DNA of 64,000 nt from Vulcanimicrobiota bacterium (lineage in GTDB: Bacteria; Vulcanimicrobiota; Vulcanimicrobiia; Vulcanimicrobiales; Vulcanimicrobiaceae), in NCBI GenBank assembly GCA_963777315.1, contig CAVZQC010000002.1:256001-320000 (forward strand). The letters run 5' to 3'. Both the position numbers and the translations under genes were made by a program. A model generated the notes under the pieces. The model saw nothing but the letters and a program-made list of their open reading frames with translations, was not told the origin of the DNA and ran no database searches. Positions 59,815 through 64,000 of this stretch are shown piece by piece (positions within the stretch are counted from its first letter, which is position 1; each line of letters begins with the position of its first letter).

Positions 59815-61863
59815 ATGTTTCGTCGCATAATACCGGTCGCGGTCATCGTTTCATTGATGGGTGCCATGTGTCCGTCACCCGCGCTTGCGATGTCCACGCA
59901 AACCGAAATCGAAATGGGACGCCAGTACGATCAGCAGATCGTCGAGTCGAGCGTCATCGAAACCGACCCGCTGCTCAACCAGTGGGTGCAGAACGTCTCG
60001 AGCAAGTTGTGGGCGGAGACGGCGCGCAAGGACGTCCCGTACAACGTCAAGATCATCCAGGACAACGACATCAATGCGTTCTCGACGCTTGGCGGCTACG
60101 TGTACGTCAACTCGGGCCTGCTCGATTTCGTGCAGTCCGACGACGAGCTGGCCGGCGTAATCGGCCACGAAACGGGCCACATCGAGCGCCGTCACGCCGT
60201 CACGATGCAGACCAAGTCGCAGATTCTGGGTCTGCTGCTGGGAATCGCTTCGCTGTTCTCGCCGTTCATCTACAATTTCGGGAATTTGCTGCAGGCCGGC
60301 GCGATGGCCAAGATGTCGCGGCTGGACGAATTGCAGGCCGACCGCTACGGTTTGCTGCTCATGTCGCGCAGCGGGTACGATCCCGAAGCGATGCTCACGA
60401 TGCAGGAGCATTTGGGCGCGCTCGAAGGCCAGCACAACGATCTGGTGACCAAGTATTTTCAGGATCACCCCGGCTCGACCCAGCGCGTTTCTCATCTGCT
60501 CGGCTATCCCGAGCTCGATCCGACCAAAACGACCGCGCAGCAGCGATTGGTGTGGGCACTGCACGATCTCGACGAGGCCCGCTACAACGTCGCATCGCTC
60601 GAGCTCGATAAAGTGCTCAAAACCGATCCTTCCAACCAGCAGGCGTTGCTCGCGCAGGGACAAGCGCAGCTCGCACTGGGTCTGACCAGCAAGAGCCGCC
60701 AAACGTTGGGCGAGCTGGCGCAGAGCACGTCGCCCCAAGTCAAAGCCGTGGCGCAGGCACGCATTGAGGCGCTGCGCGCCATGGAAGTTCACAACGTCGA
60801 TCTGACGCGCCCCGATCTGTCCTCGCTCAATCAGAAGATGAAACAGGCGCTGGACGTGCAAACGCAGGCCGTCGCCCAGATCGGCACGCGTCACGACGAG
60901 GGCCACAACCAGCTCAAATCGCTTCAGCAGCGTTTGGAAACGATCGGGTACGAACTGCCCGACTTCAGCCGCATCGAAATCAAACGCGGTTCGCGCCTGG
61001 AAGCGGTTCAGCGCAGCCTCAACGGCATGGCGCGCTCGGTCAATAGCGCGATCGCCGACGCGAGCGCGGCCGTCGACGAGGTCGGTTCGGTAGACACCAA
61101 GACTAACCGGCCTACCGGGCTGCTCAGAGAAAATGCCGACATCCTCGCGCAGATGCAGGCGCCGCTCAAATCCGCGCCGATTCCATCGGAATCGATCGCG
61201 GTGTTTCCATCGTATCCGCAAACGTTTTCAGAACTCTCGGCCGCTGACGGCGACATGGTGCGCGCCGTGGATGCCGGCCGCGCCGCCGCGATGCAGCTCG
61301 ATCAGGGGTTGGGCGACTTGGACGCATTCGTCAAACGGCTGCAGCAGGTTCAGCTGAACTACTTCAACGACATCTCGCAGATGGACTACGATGCCCTGGT
61401 TCCGTACATGCAGAAAGCGCAGACTACGCTGGGGCAAGCCGCAGTATCGGCATCGCAAGCCGCGCAGCTGTACAACATGGCGCGTTCGCGCCAGCTGGCG
61501 GCCCGCATCACCGTGCTGGGTTTGGGGACTTCGCCGCAGCGGTACGCTACGCTCGCGCGCGCAATCAACGTGCGCTGGAACGTCGACGACCTGAGCTACA
61601 TCGACATGCTGCACGACAACGTAACGCCCGGCGAACTCACGGCTGCCTCGATAGTGGCTGCCGACACGCACACGACGCCGCAGGCAATCATCCGGGAAGC
61701 CCACGCGACCAACCGCAGCATCGTGGACGTGGCCAATGCCAAAGGCATGCACGCCCAGGCGCTGGAGATATTCCTGGGTCTGATCTATTTGGATTACACC
61801 GACGATCCGGCCAAAGAGGCGCACCCCGACGGCGGCCCTCCCGGACAAACGGGCAACGTTTAA
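59815..61863 (+). CDS. M48 family metallopeptidase with TPR-like and long helical C-terminal region
   Basis: Signal peptide, INAF, ELAGVIGHETGHI, SRLDELQAD, GYDP, DHP...R. Confidence 0.88.
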   Translation: MFRRIIPVAVIVSLMGAMCPSPALAMSTQTEIEMGRQYDQQIVESSVIETDPLLNQWVQNVSSKLWAETARKDVPYNVKIIQDNDINAFSTLGGYVYVNSGLLDFVQSDDELAGVIGHETGHIERRHAVTMQTKSQILGLLLGIASLFSPFIYNFGNLLQAGAMAKMSRLDELQADRYGLLLMSRSGYDPEAMLTMQEHLGALEGQHNDLVTKYFQDHPGSTQRVSHLLGYPELDPTKTTAQQRLVWALHDLDEARYNVASLELDKVLKTDPSNQQALLAQGQAQLALGLTSKSRQTLGELAQSTSPQVKAVAQARIEALRAMEVHNVDLTRPDLSSLNQKMKQALDVQTQAVAQIGTRHDEGHNQLKSLQQRLETIGYELPDFSRIEIKRGSRLEAVQRSLNGMARSVNSAIADASAAVDEVGSVDTKTNRPTGLLRENADILAQMQAPLKSAPIPSESIAVFPSYPQTFSELSAADGDMVRAVDAGRAAAMQLDQGLGDLDAFVKRLQQVQLNYFNDISQMDYDALVPYMQKAQTTLGQAAVSASQAAQLYNMARSRQLAARITVLGLGTSPQRYATLARAINVRWNVDDLSYIDMLHDNVTPGELTAASIVAADTHTTPQAIIREAHATNRSIVDVANAKGMHAQALEIFLGLIYLDYTDDPAKEAHPDGGPPGQTGNV

Positions 61864-61887
61864 CCAGTAAGGAGCACAGCAAGCGGC

Positions 61888-62874
61888 ATGGCAACGGCAA
61901 CCGGCGACATCTTGCGCCTCGTTCGCAAAGGAATCGACGTGCGGTCGGTTCACACGAATACGCGCAAGCCGTTTCGCTTTTACCTGTGCGGCGATCCCGC
62001 GCTCGTTTCGGCCATGCGCGCGCTGCTGCTCTCGGGCCACACGGACGATTGCGTACCGCTCGACGCGGCCGCATGCCTTGAAACGATCGTTCCGGGAATA
62101 TCGCGAGCCGGCGTCGCCGGCGAAGCCCGGCTCATTCTGTTCCTGGGTCGCGGCGGCGATATCTCGGGCGCCACGATGGCGCCGCTGCGGCCGCTCAACC
62201 TGCCCATCATTGCGATTACCGTCGACGATCAGGCGCAGCCGTCAGGGCCCAGCGCTCCGCCGGTGCGCGGCGCATTCGCCGAATACACCGTCAACGCCAT
62301 TTCGCGTGAAGCGCTCAAAGGACGCGTATTCCCGCACATCGTCGAGTGTGCAAAGGGTTTGGAAACGGCAGTGGGACGCCGTCTGCCCGCGCTGCGCGAG
62401 GCGGTCGCGGCCAAACTGACGCGCGATGCCGCCAACAGTTCGCTCAAGATTGCGTTAGCCAGCGCAGTTGTTGATCACATTCCGGTCGTCGGGCTGGTGA
62501 TGGGCGTGTTTGCTTCAGCCGGCGACATGGTGGCAATCACGGGCATTCAGGTGATGCTGATGACGCGCATCGAAGCGGCGTACGGCAAGGATCCCGATCT
62601 GCAGCGGATCTGGCAGCTGCTTCCGGTGATCGGCGGCGGTTTCGGTTGGCGCACGCTCGCGCGCGAGCTGTCGGGCTTCATTCCGATAGCGGGCATCGCC
62701 ATAAAGGGCGCGATCGCGTATGCCGGCACGATCGTCGTGGGCGAAGGCGTCGCATTCTACTACGAGCAGGGGCGCCACATGAGCCCGCATCAGGCCAAAT
62801 CGATCTACGAGAGCACGCGCAGCGAAGCGCTCTCCTTCGCGCGCGATTTGCTCGGACGAATCACGAAGCGCTAA
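61888..62874 (+). CDS. DUF697/YcjF-like membrane-associated protein
   Basis: AAGGAG SD; C-terminal IP...D...TGIQ..M..RI..AYG and GFGWRTLAREL..FIP..G..IKGAIAYAGT. Confidence 0.65.
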   Translation: MATATGDILRLVRKGIDVRSVHTNTRKPFRFYLCGDPALVSAMRALLLSGHTDDCVPLDAAACLETIVPGISRAGVAGEARLILFLGRGGDISGATMAPLRPLNLPIIAITVDDQAQPSGPSAPPVRGAFAEYTVNAISREALKGRVFPHIVECAKGLETAVGRRLPALREAVAAKLTRDAANSSLKIALASAVVDHIPVVGLVMGVFASAGDMVAITGIQVMLMTRIEAAYGKDPDLQRIWQLLPVIGGGFGWRTLARELSGFIPIAGIAIKGAIAYAGTIVVGEGVAFYYEQGRHMSPHQAKSIYESTRSEALSFARDLLGRITKR

Positions 62875-63598
62875 GGCGCGTGAGCAGTTCCTCGTCGGGC
62901 AAGCTCTGCAGATCGTACGATACGCGCTGCCGGATGCGCGCGGCGATGCGCGCGGCCATCTGCGCGCGTACGGCCGGCGCGAGCGCCGTGCGGCGGGCAA
63001 CGAACGCGTCGACGATCGCGTGTTCGCGTTCGGTCAGCATTCCCGCGTGCGGCTCCTGCTGCGACTGCTGCATCAAACGCGCGAGCGATGCGATTGCCGA
63101 ATCCCGCACGACGATCGTTCCCGCCGCCATGTCGCCCAGCCGTTTGTTTTCCGGAGAGGCAACGCACGCAACGGCGCTGACGGCGTAGAAACCGGCTGTC
63201 GCTTCGCCGACGCGTATCAGGTTGCGCACCACCGCACCGGTGAAGTCCAAAGCATATCCGCCGTCGCGCACCACGCGCAATCCCATCGCGCTTTTCCCCG
63301 GCGTGCGTCCGTTCCAAAATGCTTCGAAGACGATGAAGTATCCGAAGAACACGCCGAACACCAGCGCTGCAATCACCGCAATTGCCAGCGAGCGCGCCAC
63401 CTTGGACGTTTCGGCTGCGGCGATGCGGGCTCCGGAGTCGTGTCCGGCCAGCAGCGCAATTCCCCACAGAATGGCTGCGAAGATCGCTGCCTGAATGAGC
63501 AGGTCGATGACGACCGCCAAAAAGCGGCTGCCCAAACCGGCCAGTTCGTACGAAAACGCGATGCTCTCAGGCGTCTGCACTTCCAGCGTGCGATCCAT
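62861..63598 (-). CDS. RDD family protein
   Basis: TPE...LAGLGSRFLAVVID, GRTPGK..GLRVV, RNLIR, KRLGDMAAGTIVV. Confidence 0.92.
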   Translation of the reverse strand: MDRTLEVQTPESIAFSYELAGLGSRFLAVVIDLLIQAAIFAAILWGIALLAGHDSGARIAAAETSKVARSLAIAVIAALVFGVFFGYFIVFEAFWNGRTPGKSAMGLRVVRDGGYALDFTGAVVRNLIRVGEATAGFYAVSAVACVASPENKRLGDMAAGTIVVRDSAIASLARLMQQSQQEPHAGMLTEREHAIVDAFVARRTALAPAVRAQMAARIAARIRQRVSYDLQSLPDEELLTRLSAS

Positions 63599-63681
63599 GC
63601 TGAAGCAAGTTCTTCAGCGCGGGCGAAGCCTCCGGTCCGGCTTGAGGACAAATCGCGGGCGCGCCCGAACGATCCGCCGGC

Positions 63682-64000
63682 ATGAATCAGCGAGCTTTCG
63701 TGCGCAAACGCGTACGCGCGTGGGAACGGTTGGAACTGTTGGCTTCGCGCGCCGGCAAGGGCGGCTTGCGCAGCCTGAACGCGAACGAGCTGTTCGAGCT
63801 GGGCCGCTTATACCGCTGGGTCACGTCGGATTTAGCCTACGCGCAAGGGCGGCGCTTCGATGCGCGGCTGCTGCACTATTTGAATCGTTTGACTGCGCGA
63901 GCGCACGCGTTCGTCTACGGCTCGTCCGTCGAGACCAGCCGTGCGCGAATAGTGCGGTTTTTTGCGCGCACGTTTCCGCAGGAGTGCCGGGACTGCCGTT
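63682..64000 (+). CDS. Stage II sporulation protein M (DUF95) family, 3' partial
   Basis: MNQRAFV...W.RLE...LYRWVTSDLAYAQ...YLNRL.ARAH..VY...FF...FP. Divergent from an RDD gene, the usual partner. Confidence 0.85.
   Translation, partial: MNQRAFVRKRVRAWERLELLASRAGKGGLRSLNANELFELGRLYRWVTSDLAYAQGRRFDARLLHYLNRLTARAHAFVYGSSVETSRARIVRFFARTFPQECRDCR

Overview
High-GC bacterial chromosomal window, densely packed with housekeeping genes. The LptFG/LptD/LptC-like genes and Lnt indicate a diderm envelope. The gene style suggests Eremiobacterota/Vulcanimicrobiota, which is my inference and not a database result. The window holds LPS transport and lipoprotein maturation genes, two KGG stress proteins, polA-DUF192-mutM-rpsA-coaE, a three-gene transhydrogenase, lrp-kdd-kamA-gdh, a P450, a single-chain lipoyl-lipoyl-PSBD-E2-E1 2-oxoglutarate dehydrogenase, a TsdA-like cytochrome with a DsrE-like partner, rmuC, ftsE-ftsX-HK-RR(GGDEF)-envC-ctp-ctp, rne, and minC-minD-minD-minE-rodA. 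I found no tRNA, rRNA, CRISPR array, transposase or phage genes. About nine single-base indels break otherwise intact genes, including rpsA and polA, and are most likely sequencing errors. The most unusual element is a ~5.7-copy 117-bp tandem array between rpsA and coaE. Each unit carries its own RBS and a 34-35 aa mini-ORF resembling the CoaE N-terminus with the P-loop lysine replaced. Each unit also contains a hairpin motif shared, with a compensatory base-pair change, with a 187-bp GTAG-ended REPIN-like element 33 kb away. Other points of interest are a candidate sRNA, SigB-like and recurrent SigH-like promoters, a perfect DnaA box before minC, and an alpha-2-macroglobulin-like protein without a thioester domain.
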